Below, in pieces: positions 7,978-20,289 of a stretch of DNA of 26,291 nt. Source of the stretch: Eubacteriales bacterium. Lineage in GTDB: Bacteria; Bacillota; Clostridia; Oscillospirales; CAG-272. The notes beneath the pieces were generated by a model that was not told the origin of the DNA, ran no database searches, and saw only the letters and a program-made list of their open reading frames with translations. The DNA is taken from NCBI GenBank assembly GCA_045576135.1, contig JAZNFU010000272.1, forward strand, positions 1-26,291. Reading direction: 5' to 3'. How positions within the stretch are numbered: position 1 is the first letter of the stretch; each line of letters begins with the position of its first letter. A program made the translations under genes and the position numbers.

Positions 7978-10581
7978 ATGAATAACGAGAAGTTTACACA
8001 AAAGAGTATGGAGGTGCTTGGGACCTCGCTCTCCTTGGCAAACGAGAGGGGAAACAACGCGGTGGAGCCGTCGCATATATTTGCCGCGCTCGTGTCGGAT
8101 AAGGAGGGCTTGATTTATCAGCTTTTTGATAGGCTGCTCGGAGTAGGTGCCGCCGAATCGATTCACGCCGACGCTATCGCTCTTGTCGATGCGCTTCCGA
8201 GAATCAGCGGAGCTAAGGGAGAGGTGTATACGTCAGCGGGGGCAAACGCTCTTTTGACGCTTGCCGACGCCGAGCGCGGCAAAATGGGTGACGACTATAT
8301 ATCGGTCGAGCATATCGCGCTCGCCATCTTTGAAGCAAAGGATGAAAAATGCCGCGATATATTGAAGAAAAGAGGCATAACCCGACAGAAATTCCTTGAG
8401 GCGCTTCGGGCGGTACGCGGAAATACGCGCGTGTCGAGTGAAAACCCCGAGGCTACCTACGACAGCCTTAAAAAGTACGGACAGGACCTCGTGGAGCTTG
8501 CCAGGGCGCAGAAGCTTGACCCGGTAATCGGGCGCGACGAGGAAATTCGAAACGTAATAAGAATACTGTCAAGAAAATCCAAAAACAACCCCTGCCTTAT
8601 CGGTGAGCCGGGTGTCGGAAAAACCGCGATTGCCGAGGGGCTTGCACACAGAATAGTAAAGGGCGACGTGCCCGACAACCTGAAGGACAGAAGCGTATTC
8701 TCGCTTGATATGGGAGCTTTGGTTGCCGGTGCGAAATACCGCGGCGAGTTTGAGGAGCGCTTAAAGGCGGTGCTTTCTGAGGTAAAGGCGTCCGAGGGAA
8801 AAATCATTCTCTTTATCGACGAGCTTCACACCATCGTCGGAGCGGGAAAGACCGACGGAGCTATGGATGCGGGAAATCTTCTCAAGCCTATGCTTGCAAG
8901 AGGAGAGCTGCACTGTATCGGAGCGACCACGCTCAACGAATACCGCGCGTATATAGAAAAGGACGCGGCGCTTGAGAGAAGATTTCAGCCGGTGCTCGTG
9001 CCCGAGCCGACGGTCGAGGATACGGTTGCGATACTCCGCGGACTTAAGGAGCGCTACGAGGTGTTCCACGGCGTTAAAATTCACGACGGCGCCTTGATTG
9101 CCGCGGCTAATCTTTCAAACAGATACATCAGCGACAGATTCCTGCCGGACAAGGCGATAGACCTCGTTGACGAGGCGTGCGCGCTGATAAAAACCGAGCT
9201 TAATTCGATGCCCACCGAGATGGACGACATATCACGCAAAATAATGCAATGCGAGATTGAGGAGGCGGCACTCGCCAAGGAAACCGACAAGCTTTCGATA
9301 GGCAGACGCGAGGACGTGCGCCGTGAGCTTGCGGCACTTCGCGAGAGCTTTGCCGAGATGCGCGCAAGGTGGGAAAACGAGAAGGAAACGATAGGAAAGG
9401 CGCAGAAAATAAGAGAAGAAATAGAAAGAGTAAATGCGAAAATCGAAAAGGCTGAGAGCGAATACGACCTGTCCCTTGCCGCCGAGCTTAAATACGGAAG
9501 ACTTCCCGAATTACGCACGCAGCTTGAGGAGGCTGAGCGCGCCGAGGGCGCGGGGGCGAGCCTTTTGCGCGACGCGGTTACAGAGGAGGAGATTGCAAAA
9601 ACCGTGTCCCGATGGACGAAAATCCCGGTGGCGAAGCTTATGGAGGGCGAGCGCGAGAAGCTGCTTTCTCTGGCAGAAACCTTACATTTGCGCGTCGTAG
9701 GTCAAAACGAGGGCGTAGAAAAGGTTAGCAACGCAATTCTTCGCTCGCGGGCGGGAATACGCGACCCGAAGCGTCCGATAGGCTCGTTTATGTTCCTCGG
9801 TCCGACCGGTGTCGGAAAGACCGAGCTTGCAAAGGCTCTTGCCGAGGCGCTGTTTGACGACGAGCACAACATCGTAAGAATAGATATGTCCGAGTATATG
9901 GAAAAGCACAGCACCTCGCGGCTTATCGGAGCGCCTCCCGGATACGTCGGCTACGACGAGGGTGGTCAGCTTACCGAGGCTGTGAGAAGCCGGCCGTAAT
10001 CGGTGGAGCTGCCCGACGAGATAGAAAAGGCGCACCCCGACGTATTCAACCTGCTCCTGCAGGTGCTTGACGACGGAAGGGTAACCGACAGCCACGGCAG
10101 AACGGTTGATTTCAAAAACACCATAATTATAATGACGAGCAATCTCGGCTCTGATATAATACTTGAGGGAATTTCCGACGGCGCCGTAAGCGACGAGGCG
10201 CGCCGCAGCGTAAACGAAATACTTTCGCGCTCCTTCCGTCCGGAATTTCTCAACCGTCTTGACGAGGTGATATTCTTCACGCCGCTTTCACGCGAGCATA
10301 TCGGTAAAATAGTCAAGCTTTCGCTTCGCTCGCTTGAGGGGCGTCTTGCCGAGCGCCGTATCAGCGTGTCGGTCAGCGAGGCTGCCGAGGCGAAAATCGC
10401 CGACGAGGCTTACAGCCCCGCCTTTGGAGCAAGACCGTTGAAAAGATATTTGCAGTCGCATATAGAAACGCTTATCGCAAAGCGCCTGATAGCCGACGAC
10501 CCCGCACCCGACAGCACGGCACGGGTCGATTTGGAGGACGGCGGCTTCACGGTGCGGATAATACCGCCAAAGGAGGACTGA
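7978..10581 (+). pseudogene. clpB: ClpB disaggregase interrupted by an in-frame TAA at 9997-9999 (true pseudogene or sequence error)
   Basis: ORFs 7942..9999 and 10003..10581 are in one frame and together give a full-length ClpB of about 867 codons: [13 protein letters not shown], coiled-coil middle domain, [46 protein letters not shown] 7978 follows GAGGAGG. Confidence 0.9.
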
Positions 10582-10647
10582 AATTAGCACCCGACGGGTG
10601 TATGCGATAAATTTTACCGACAAACCGAAAAATATTTTCAAAATCTA

Positions 10648-10676
10648 TTGACATTTCAAGATATTTAGGGTATATT
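10648..10676 (+). promoter_or_regulatory. SigmaA promoter of hrcA-grpE-dnaK-dnaJ
   Basis: TTGACA-N17-TATATT immediately upstream of a CIRCE. Confidence 0.8.
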
Positions 10677-10689
10677 ATATGTGCGCTTG

Positions 10690-10716
10690 TTAGCACTCTG
10701 TGCTGTGTAGTGCTAA
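10690..10716. promoter_or_regulatory. CIRCE element upstream of hrcA
   Basis: TTAGCACTC-TGTGCTGTG-TAGTGCTAA, one mismatch to consensus. Confidence 0.92.
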
Positions 10717-10737
10717 AACATCAAAAAGGAGTATGGA

Positions 10738-11811
10738 ATGGACGACAACAGACTTTCGGCGAGAAAACGCCAGATTTTGAAGGCAATAGTTGACGCACAT
10801 ATTGCCGGCGGAGAGCCGGTAGGCTCAAAATTCCTCTCCAAAGACGTTAAAATAACCTGCTCCCCCGCAACCATCAGAAACGAGATGGCGGAGCTTGAGG
10901 CGATGGGATATCTCATACAGCCGCACACCTCCGCGGGAAGAATTCCCTCAGAGCTCGGTTATAGGTATTACGTTGATTCGCTCGTGCGGCAGTACAACGA
11001 AACCAAGTACGAGATAGACGAGATGAACGAGCGTCTTCGCTACAAGCTCACCGAGATGGACGAGATACTCTCCGAGGCGTCGCGCCTTGCGGCAACCTTC
11101 ACCGACTATATGGGAATAGCCTTTAAATCCGGAGAGGGAAAGGTGAGGATATCGAGATTCAATACGGTATTCCTTTCGCCGAGAGATTTCCTGCTCGTTA
11201 TGACCTTTTCGGGAAACACGGTGAAGACGAAGACGGTGCGCTCTCCCATCACTCTTGACGAGTCGGCGCTCGCGCGCTTTACCGATGCGGCGAATATGTA
11301 TCTTTCAAACCTTACGAGCGACGAGATTACGATGCCTATCATCGTTAAGCTTGAGGCTTTGATGGGCGGCTTTGGCAGTATGGTGCATCCGACGGTAAAG
11401 CTCATTTACGAAACGATGAGCGAAATGGATACCGCGGACGTCGTGCTCGACGGTGCGACGAAGCTTCTTGAGTACCCCGAATATTCGGACGTTTCAAAGT
11501 TCAAGGGTCTTCTCGGAATGCTTGAGGAAAAGGATAAGCTGCTTGACGTTATATCCGCATCAGAGGGCAGCGACGGCGGCGTACACGTCTACATCGGAAA
11601 AGAGGACGGCGACGATATAATGGCGGGAACGACGCTTATATACAAGAATATCAAGGTTGGCGCAAAGCAGGTTGCCGTCGGCGTTATCGGACCGAAGCGT
11701 ATGAACTACTCAAAGGTTATCGGAATGATAAACAAGCTTGCCACCGGTATGGATATGATGTTCCGCGAGGAGCTTTTGCTTCCCACGAACGATTCGGATA
11801 ATGAAGATTAA
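10738..11811 (+). CDS. hrcA: Heat-inducible transcription repressor HrcA
   Basis: RKRQILKAIV...GEPVGSK...SPATIRNEMAELEAMGYLIQPHTSAGRIPSELGYRYYVD; VIGPKRMNY; position before grpE-dnaK. Confidence 0.97.
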   Translation: MDDNRLSARKRQILKAIVDAHIAGGEPVGSKFLSKDVKITCSPATIRNEMAELEAMGYLIQPHTSAGRIPSELGYRYYVDSLVRQYNETKYEIDEMNERLRYKLTEMDEILSEASRLAATFTDYMGIAFKSGEGKVRISRFNTVFLSPRDFLLVMTFSGNTVKTKTVRSPITLDESALARFTDAANMYLSNLTSDEITMPIIVKLEALMGGFGSMVHPTVKLIYETMSEMDTADVVLDGATKLLEYPEYSDVSKFKGLLGMLEEKDKLLDVISASEGSDGGVHVYIGKEDGDDIMAGTTLIYKNIKVGAKQVAVGVIGPKRMNYSKVIGMINKLATGMDMMFREELLLPTNDSDNED

Positions 11812-11825
11812 GAAAGGTTTTCGGT

Positions 11826-12341
11826 ATGCAGGACGAAAAGAAGATAGAAAATGTGGAAAACGAGGTAAAAGAGGAGTCGGCAGAGGCGGTGAAGGAGCCG
11901 AGCGCCGAGGAAAGAATTGCCGAGCTTGAGAAAAAAATCGCCGAGTACGACGACAAGTATCTGCGTATGGCTGCTGAATACGATAATTTCAGACGCCGCG
12001 CAAGAGAAGAGCGCGAGGCGGTTTACGAGTCGGCTGCTTCGGATACTGTGGCTCAGCTTTTGCCTGTTATAGATAACCTTGAGCGCGCCGCGCTTTATCA
12101 GGGTGATAAGGTCAGCGAGGGACTCGCTATGATAACGAAGTCTGTGTCCGAGGTGCTCGCAGGACTTGGTGTAGAGAGCTTCGGTGCACCCGGCGATATA
12201 TTCGACCCCAACCTTCACAACGCCGTTATGCACGAGGAAAGCGACACGGCTAAGGAGGGCGAAATAACCGAGGTATTCCAAAAGGGATACAAAAAGGGAA
12301 AGCGCATAATTCGCTTTGCTATGGTTAAAAGTGCAAACTAA
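11826..12341 (+). CDS. grpE: Nucleotide exchange factor GrpE
   Basis: YLRMAAEYDNFRRR, LLPVIDNLERA, FDPNLHNAV, VFQKGY...IRFAMVK. Confidence 0.97.
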   Translation: MQDEKKIENVENEVKEESAEAVKEPSAEERIAELEKKIAEYDDKYLRMAAEYDNFRRRAREEREAVYESAASDTVAQLLPVIDNLERAALYQGDKVSEGLAMITKSVSEVLAGLGVESFGAPGDIFDPNLHNAVMHEESDTAKEGEITEVFQKGYKKGKRIIRFAMVKSAN

Positions 12342-12381
12342 AATTTACAAAAAATAATAAAAAATAACATAAACATAATAA

Positions 12382-14226
<1,845 letters not shown>

Positions 14227-14290
14227 TCAAAACAAAACTTTACATTCTTTGCAAAAAAGATGTAAGAAATGACAACCTGCGGAGATTTGT

Positions 14291-15424
14291 ATGGCAGAAA
14301 AAAGAGATTATTATGAGGTGCTCGGAGTAGCAAAGAGCGCCGGCGATGATGAGATAAAGCGGTCGTACCGCAGCCTTGCAAAAAAATATCACCCCGATAT
14401 GAATCCGGGTGACGCTGAGGCAGAGGCTAAGTTCAAAGAGGTAAACGAGGCGTACGCCGTTCTCTCGGATTCGGAAAAGCGTCAGAAATACGACCAGTTC
14501 GGTCACGCGGCGTTTGACCCCGCATCGGGCGGCTCCGGCTTTGGCGGCTTCGGCGGCTTTGGTGATTTTGATTTCGGCGATATATTCTCCTCGTTCTTCG
14601 GCGGTGGCGGCGGCTCCTCGCGGCGCAGACAGATGGCGCAGGACGGCGACGATATAGGAACGCGCCTGACGATTTCCTTTGAGGAAGCGGCGTTCGGCTG
14701 TAAAAAAGAGGTATCCTTTGCCAGAATTGAGGAGTGCTCGGACTGTCAAGGCTCGGGTGCGGCAAAGGGAACTAAGGCTGAAACCTGCCCCGAATGTCAG
14801 GGCACAGGAAGCGTTACCGTAAGACAGCAGACGATGCTCGGCTATATGCAGACTCAGCGTCCGTGTCAGAATTGTCGCGGTACGGGTAAGATAATAAAAA
14901 CCCCCTGCAAAAACTGTAACGGCAAGGGCTTCGTTAAGATAAACAAGAAGCTTGACGTGACTATCCCTGCGGGAATTGATTCTATGCAGAGAATAGTTTT
15001 GCGCGGTCAAGGCTCTGCCGGACGAAACGGCGGTGCGGCGGGCGACCTTATAATAGAGGTCAAGGTTAAGCCGCATAAGATATTCACCCGTGACGGCAAC
15101 GACGTCTACTGCGAGGTGCCGATAAGCTTCTCCGAGGCGGCGCTCGGTGCGGAGATTGAGATTCCGACCATCGACGGCAAAACGAGAAAGCACACGATTC
15201 CCGAGGGAACTCAGACCGGAACGAGCTTCACTCTGCGCGGTGAGGGCATCGCCGACATCAATTCGAAGCGGCGCGGCAATCTTATCGTGACGGTTAACGT
15301 TGAAACGCCGACCAACCTGAACGCCGAGCAGAAGAAGCTGTTTGAGGAGCTTGCAAAATCGCTCGGAGATGAATCGGGCGAGGGCGGCAGACAAAGCTTT
15401 TTCAAGAATTTATTTAAAAAATAA
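14291..15424 (+). CDS. dnaJ: Chaperone DnaJ
   Basis: J domain with HPD, G/F-rich region, four CxxCxGxG repeats, C-terminal peptide-binding domain. Confidence 0.98.
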   Translation: MAEKRDYYEVLGVAKSAGDDEIKRSYRSLAKKYHPDMNPGDAEAEAKFKEVNEAYAVLSDSEKRQKYDQFGHAAFDPASGGSGFGGFGGFGDFDFGDIFSSFFGGGGGSSRRRQMAQDGDDIGTRLTISFEEAAFGCKKEVSFARIEECSDCQGSGAAKGTKAETCPECQGTGSVTVRQQTMLGYMQTQRPCQNCRGTGKIIKTPCKNCNGKGFVKINKKLDVTIPAGIDSMQRIVLRGQGSAGRNGGAAGDLIIEVKVKPHKIFTRDGNDVYCEVPISFSEAALGAEIEIPTIDGKTRKHTIPEGTQTGTSFTLRGEGIADINSKRRGNLIVTVNVETPTNLNAEQKKLFEELAKSLGDESGEGGRQSFFKNLFKK

Positions 15425-15438
15425 AATGATTTAAGACA

Positions 15439-15478
15439 GAGGACGCTTGGGCGAGGTAAGCTCAGCGTCTTCTTTTTT
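15439..15478 (+). terminator. Intrinsic terminator after dnaJ
   Basis: GAGGACGCT-TGGGC ... GCTCA-GCGTCTTC stem followed by TTTTTT. Confidence 0.75.
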
Positions 15479-15560
15479 AAAATTCATTGAAATTTTCAAA
15501 GCTTTGTGTTAAAATATTTAAAAGTGGGACGAATAACTACGGTAAAGGCAGGTGTGCGTG

Positions 15561-16451
15561 ATGAGAAGCGGCGTTGTAATTTTGAATAAAGAGGGCGGTA
15601 TGACCTCGCACACGGCGGTAAGGCGCTGCTCGGCGCTTCTCGGCGCTGATAAGGCGGGACACACCGGCACGCTCGACCCGATGGCAGAGGGTGTTTTGCC
15701 CGTGCTTATCAACCGCGGGGTAAAGGCGAGCGAGTTTATGCTCTCGGAGGACAAGCACTATCGGGCGACCTTGACGCTCGGCGTGACTACCGATACCGAG
15801 GATTCAAGCGGCGCGGTATTAACGAGATGCGACGCTATACCCGACGAGAGCGCGGTGCTTTCGGCTATCGGCTCGTTCGTCGGAAAAATACGGCAAACGC
15901 CGCCGATGTACTCGGCAATCAAGGTGGGCGGCAAAAAGCTGTGCGACTTGGCGCGCGAGGGTATCAGCATAGAAAGAGAGCCGAGAGAAATCACGGTTTA
16001 TTCGATAGACGCTCGGCGTATTGACGAAAGGAATTACACGCTCGACGTTCATTGCTCGGGCGGCACTTATATAAGAACGCTGTGCGCGGATATAGGCGCG
16101 GCGCTCGGCGTCGGCGGAATAATGAGCACTCTTACGCGCACCGAGGCGTCGGGCTTTTCGCTCGGTGAGGCACACACGCTTGGTGAGATTGAGGCGATGA
16201 GCGCGGAGCAAAGGGAGGCTATCGTATACCCGGTTGAATATATTTTCCGCGATATGCCGAAAATCAGGCTTTCCGAGTTTTTCGCGCGGCTTGCGAAATC
16301 CGGGCTTGAAATATACCTCAAAAAAATCGGCATCCGAGCCGAGCTTGGCGACAGATTTACGCTCTACGACGCAGAGGATAATTTTTTTGCCGTCGGTGAG
16401 GTGCGCGAGTTTGAGAGCGGCGTTGCCGTAAAGCCGATAAGACAGTTTTGA
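15561..16451 (+). CDS. truB: tRNA pseudouridine(55) synthase TruB
   Basis: LNKEGGMTSH, KAGHTGTLDPMAEGVL, QTPPMYSAIKVGGK, CSGGTYIRTL. ATG 15561 chosen for AGGTG RBS spacing. Confidence 0.97.
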   Translation: MRSGVVILNKEGGMTSHTAVRRCSALLGADKAGHTGTLDPMAEGVLPVLINRGVKASEFMLSEDKHYRATLTLGVTTDTEDSSGAVLTRCDAIPDESAVLSAIGSFVGKIRQTPPMYSAIKVGGKKLCDLAREGISIEREPREITVYSIDARRIDERNYTLDVHCSGGTYIRTLCADIGAALGVGGIMSTLTRTEASGFSLGEAHTLGEIEAMSAEQREAIVYPVEYIFRDMPKIRLSEFFARLAKSGLEIYLKKIGIRAELGDRFTLYDAEDNFFAVGEVREFESGVAVKPIRQF

Positions 16452-16511
16452 AATTTTTATATAACGGTTCGCTTGGGCGGACGAAATCATAAAAAGGGAG
16501 GAGTGTGCGTT

Positions 16512-19500
16512 ATGTCCGAAAGAAAATTTACAGCGGTACAGCGTCTTGCAATTGATACGAAGGATAAGACGCTTTTGGTGTCCGCGGCGGCGGGAAGCGG
16601 AAAAACCGCAACGCTTACGGAGCGCATAATATCCTCGCTTTTAGACGAAAAAAATCCCAAGGATATAAGCTCGATTCTGGTCGTTACCTTTACTAACGCG
16701 GCGGCGGGCGAGCTTCGCGAGCGAATAGCGGCGGCACTCTCGGGGGCTGTGCGCGCCGGAAACACGCGGCTCGTGCGTCAGCTTCATATGCTACCCGCGG
16801 CGTCTATATGCACCATCGACTCGTTTTGCGCGAGTCTTCTTCGCGAGAACGCCGAGCGCGTGGGTATAAATCCGAGCTTCAGAATAGCCGACGAGGCGGA
16901 GGCGGAGCTTCTTTTGCTTTCGGTGCTTGAGGGACTCGTGAACTCAATATACGACGGTCAAAGACCGGATATCGCCACGCCCGAGCAGTTTGCCGAGCTT
17001 TGCTATGCTTTGACCGATGCCAAAAATCCGTCGGGAATTTACGAGGTTTTTGAGCATATATACGAGAAGCTTATATCCAACGAGGACGGTGTAAAATCGC
17101 TAATTCCGCTAACTAATATTTACAAAAACGAGGCTGACCTGCCCCCCGAGGAGAGAAAATACGGAAAATATATAATGGAGCTTACCCGCTCGTATGCGGA
17201 GCATTATTTGCGTTGTATAGCGGATATAGTCGACCCCTCTCCCGATATGAAGGGACAGCCGAGGCTTTCGGCGCTTATCGAATCGGACGGAGAATTTTTG
17301 AACTCGCTTCGTACGGCAGAGAGCTACGAGTCGGCGCGGAAAATACTGTCAGATATGAGGTTTTCACCAAAGCCGCAGCTTAAGGATGCGCCGAGTGCGT
17401 GCGACGATTACTTCTTTATGCGCGAGAAGCTAAAGGATGAGGCGCGCTCGATTTACAACAAATTTTTCCTTTATACCGGGGACGCTTGGCGCACACTTTA
17501 TCTCGGTCTTTACGAAAAGCTTTCGGTGTTTTACAGATTTCTTATCGCCTTTGACGAGGCGTTTGCTACCGAGAAGAAAAGGCGGGGAATTTGCAGATAT
17601 TCGGATATTGAGCGTTACGCTTACGAGTGTCTTTGGCAGTCGGGTGAGCGCACCGAGGTTGCCGCCGCCGTTGCACAAAGATACACCGACGTTTATATAG
17701 ACGAATATCAGGACGTAAACAATCTGCAAAACAAGATTTTCGAGGCTATATCAAGGCCCGACAATCGCTTTATGGTCGGTGATATAAAGCAGAGTATTTA
17801 CGGCTTCCGCAGCGCGAGGCCCGAAATTTTCGCGGGTATGCGTGCCGAGTTTACCCCGATAGAAAAAGCGGAGGGTGAGCAGCGAGCTACGATATTTATG
17901 TCGCAAAACTTCCGTTCGGACAGCGGAATTATAGATTTTACAAACCGAGTTTTTGATAAAATCTTTTCGACCTTCGGCAAGAGCATCGGATACGAAAGTG
18001 CCGATAGACTCGCTTACGCTAAGCTTTCTTTCGACGCCAAGGTTTATCCGACGCTTACCGTTTTTGAAAAGGGTGAAATGGCGTCGGGTACGGACGATTC
18101 CGACGCTGACGGGCAGCAGATGGGGCGCGCAGAGCCAAGGGCGGTTGCGAAAAAAATAAGCGAGCTTTTATCAAGCGGAACGCTTGCCGACGGCTCCCCG
18201 ATAAAGCCCTCTGATATCGCAATCGTTATGCGCTCGATAAGAGGACGGGCGGACGCATACTCCGAGGCGCTCGCCGAGCTTTCCGTGCCCGCCGAGGTCG
18301 TTGAAAGCAAAAACTTCTTCCTTAATTCAGAGGTGCTTTTGGCGCTTTGTCTTTTGAATTCGATAGACAATCCGAGGCGAGATATTTATCTTGCCGGACT
18401 TATGCGCTCTCCGATTTTCGATTTCAGCGCGGACGAGCTTGTGAGGATAAGGCATCGGTCGGGCGAGCATACGCTTTACGACAGCCTGAAAAAATACGTT
18501 CGGGAAAACCCCGATTACGAGCGCGGTGTGAAATTTTTGAAGACTCTTTCGGGCTACCGAGATATTGCCGAGGGTATGAACGTCCATTCGCTCATAGCGA
18601 AGCTTTTCCGCGAAACCTCGCTTTTGTCGCTCGCGGGCGACGGCAGCCGTGAAAATCTGGTCTTGCTTTACGATATGGCGCGTCGCTACGAGGGCTCGGA
18701 GTTCAAGGGTCTTTACAGCTTTATCAGCTATATAAATAACGTAATCAACAAGAAAACGCGGTTTGACGACGGCGGCTCGCGAGAGCTGGGCGATGCGGTT
18801 AAAATAGTTACCGTGCACGGCTCAAAGGGTCTTGAATATCCGATAGTATTCTACGTCGACACCGGCAGAAAAATATCCGACAAGGACGCACGCGCGCGCG
18901 CCGTATATTCCGAGGACTTCGGAATTGCTATGTATTTGCGCTCCTGTGACGGACTTGCACTCGTTAAAAATCCGATACGCGAGGTCATAAACGCCGAGAA
19001 TTCACGAAAGAATTTTGAGGAGGAGCTTCGCGTGCTTTACGTCGCCTTGACCCGTGCGCGTGAGAGGCTTTATATCAGCGGTGAGCGTGAGCGCGGCAGT
19101 GACGGGTACGACGCTGATATCGCCCTTACCCGACGCTCGCTCGACGCCTATTGTGCCTCACATATCAAATCGCATCTTTCCGTAATGCTTGCATCGGGTG
19201 TTGAATACGACGAGTACGTCGGGAACGATGAAAGCGAGTGTTGTAGCCAAAAACCCACGGAAAGCAAAGAAAAGGTTACAAAAAACGAAAAAATCATAGA
19301 GCAAACTCTTGAAGATGATGCGCTTTACGACGAGCTCACGGCGCGGTTTAGGTTCGTTTACCCCGACAAATATCTTACCGAGATTCCCGAAAAACTCTCC
19401 GTGTCCTCGCTTTATCCCGAGGTGCTTGACGGTGCTGACGACAGAGCCGCCACGCTTGACGGCTACGATACCGAGGACGAGCCATTGCATAAAAAGAAGA

Positions 19501-20108
19501 TAGTACCGCGCTTTATCGGCGGAAGAAGCCGCGCCGAGCTTTCAGCGCTTTCGGGTATAGCGACTCACCTTTATATGCAGTTTTGCGATATCGAGAGGCT
19601 GGTAGCACTCGGTGCCGAGGCTGAGCTTGGAAGACTCGTTGAAAAGGAATTTTTATCCGAGGAGCAAGCGTCGGCGGTACGGCTTGACGAAATAGAAGCT
19701 TTCAGACGCTCCGAGCTCGTTTCAAGAATGAGGGGAGCGAAAAATCTATGGCGCGAGCTTCGCTTTAATATACGCCTGCCCGCCGAGAGCTTTACTCGCT
19801 CGCCCGAGCGCGCCGAGGCGATTTCGGGCAAAAAAATACTCGTTCAGGGTGTCATAGACTGTATCATAGAAAACGCCGACGGGGAGCTTTGCCTTTTGGA
19901 CTATAAGACGGATAGGCTCACGGAGGCGGAGCTTGCCGATAAAAATTCGGCGCGTGAAAAGCTCACCCGCCGCCACGCAAGACAGCTTTCTTACTACAAG
20001 AGTGCGGTTGCACAAATATTCGGAAAAGCTCCCGCGAGCGTCGAGATTTATTCGCTACCGCTCGGCGACACCGTGCCGATTGACACCGAGTCGATTTTTG
20101 CCGAGTGA
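16512..20108 (+). CDS. addA: AddA-type SF1 helicase/nuclease
   Basis: AAAGSGKT, VVTFTNAAAGELRERI, IDEYQDVN, VGDIKQSIYGFRSA, NFRS, TVHGSKGLEYP, LYVALTRARE, C-terminal RecB-like nuclease QGVIDCI...LLDYKTD. ATG 16512 follows GGGAGG. Confidence 0.88.
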   Translation: MSERKFTAVQRLAIDTKDKTLLVSAAAGSGKTATLTERIISSLLDEKNPKDISSILVVTFTNAAAGELRERIAAALSGAVRAGNTRLVRQLHMLPAASICTIDSFCASLLRENAERVGINPSFRIADEAEAELLLLSVLEGLVNSIYDGQRPDIATPEQFAELCYALTDAKNPSGIYEVFEHIYEKLISNEDGVKSLIPLTNIYKNEADLPPEERKYGKYIMELTRSYAEHYLRCIADIVDPSPDMKGQPRLSALIESDGEFLNSLRTAESYESARKILSDMRFSPKPQLKDAPSACDDYFFMREKLKDEARSIYNKFFLYTGDAWRTLYLGLYEKLSVFYRFLIAFDEAFATEKKRRGICRYSDIERYAYECLWQSGERTEVAAAVAQRYTDVYIDEYQDVNNLQNKIFEAISRPDNRFMVGDIKQSIYGFRSARPEIFAGMRAEFTPIEKAEGEQRATIFMSQNFRSDSGIIDFTNRVFDKIFSTFGKSIGYESADRLAYAKLSFDAKVYPTLTVFEKGEMASGTDDSDADGQQMGRAEPRAVAKKISELLSSGTLADGSPIKPSDIAIVMRSIRGRADAYSEALAELSVPAEVVESKNFFLNSEVLLALCLLNSIDNPRRDIYLAGLMRSPIFDFSADELVRIRHRSGEHTLYDSLKKYVRENPDYERGVKFLKTLSGYRDIAEGMNVHSLIAKLFRETSLLSLAGDGSRENLVLLYDMARRYEGSEFKGLYSFISYINNVINKKTRFDDGGSRELGDAVKIVTVHGSKGLEYPIVFYVDTGRKISDKDARARAVYSEDFGIAMYLRSCDGLALVKNPIREVINAENSRKNFEEELRVLYVALTRARERLYISGERERGSDGYDADIALTRRSLDAYCASHIKSHLSVMLASGVEYDEYVGNDESECCSQKPTESKEKVTKNEKIIEQTLEDDALYDELTARFRFVYPDKYLTEIPEKLSVSSLYPEVLDGADDRAATLDGYDTEDEPLHKKKIVPRFIGGRSRAELSALSGIATHLYMQFCDIERLVALGAEAELGRLVEKEFLSEEQASAVRLDEIEAFRRSELVSRMRGAKNLWRELRFNIRLPAESFTRSPERAEAISGKKILVQGVIDCIIENADGELCLLDYKTDRLTEAELADKNSAREKLTRRHARQLSYYKSAVAQIFGKAPASVEIYSLPLGDTVPIDTESIFAE

Positions 20109-20217
20109 GCCTTGCGCCTCGGCGCAAATTATTGAGGCTCGTACCGAATTACCGCGCGAGCCTTACGCCTTGTCACCGAATACCGCTCCGGCTTTACCTC
20201 TTGCAAATATCAAACGA

Positions 20218-20261
20218 AAAGCACACAACACCAAAATTTTTTAAAAGGTGCTGTGTGCTTT
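20218..20261. terminator. Bidirectional terminator between convergent addA and glycoside hydrolase genes
   Basis: AAAGCACACA-A-CACC / GGTG-C-TGTGTGCTTT stem with A/T tails on both sides. Confidence 0.7.
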
Positions 20262-20289
20262 ATCATTTAAAGATAACGCTTTTTCGTAC

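Noticed and set aside
9997-10003. Programmed readthrough, recoding or a naturally split clpB
   Set aside because: The stop is TAA (not the Sec or Pyl codon), the second ORF has no RBS, and neighbouring conserved residues are also damaged.
10584-10610. Third CIRCE after clpB (TTAGCACCC-N9-ATGCGATAA)
   Set aside because: Left arm 8/9 but right arm only 5/9; better explained by chance or the small CACCC-GAC-GGGTG hairpin.
14240-15394. 384-aa ORF antisense to dnaJ, and the many other short overlapping ORFs in the track
   Set aside because: Shadow ORFs of well-supported genes with no independent signals.
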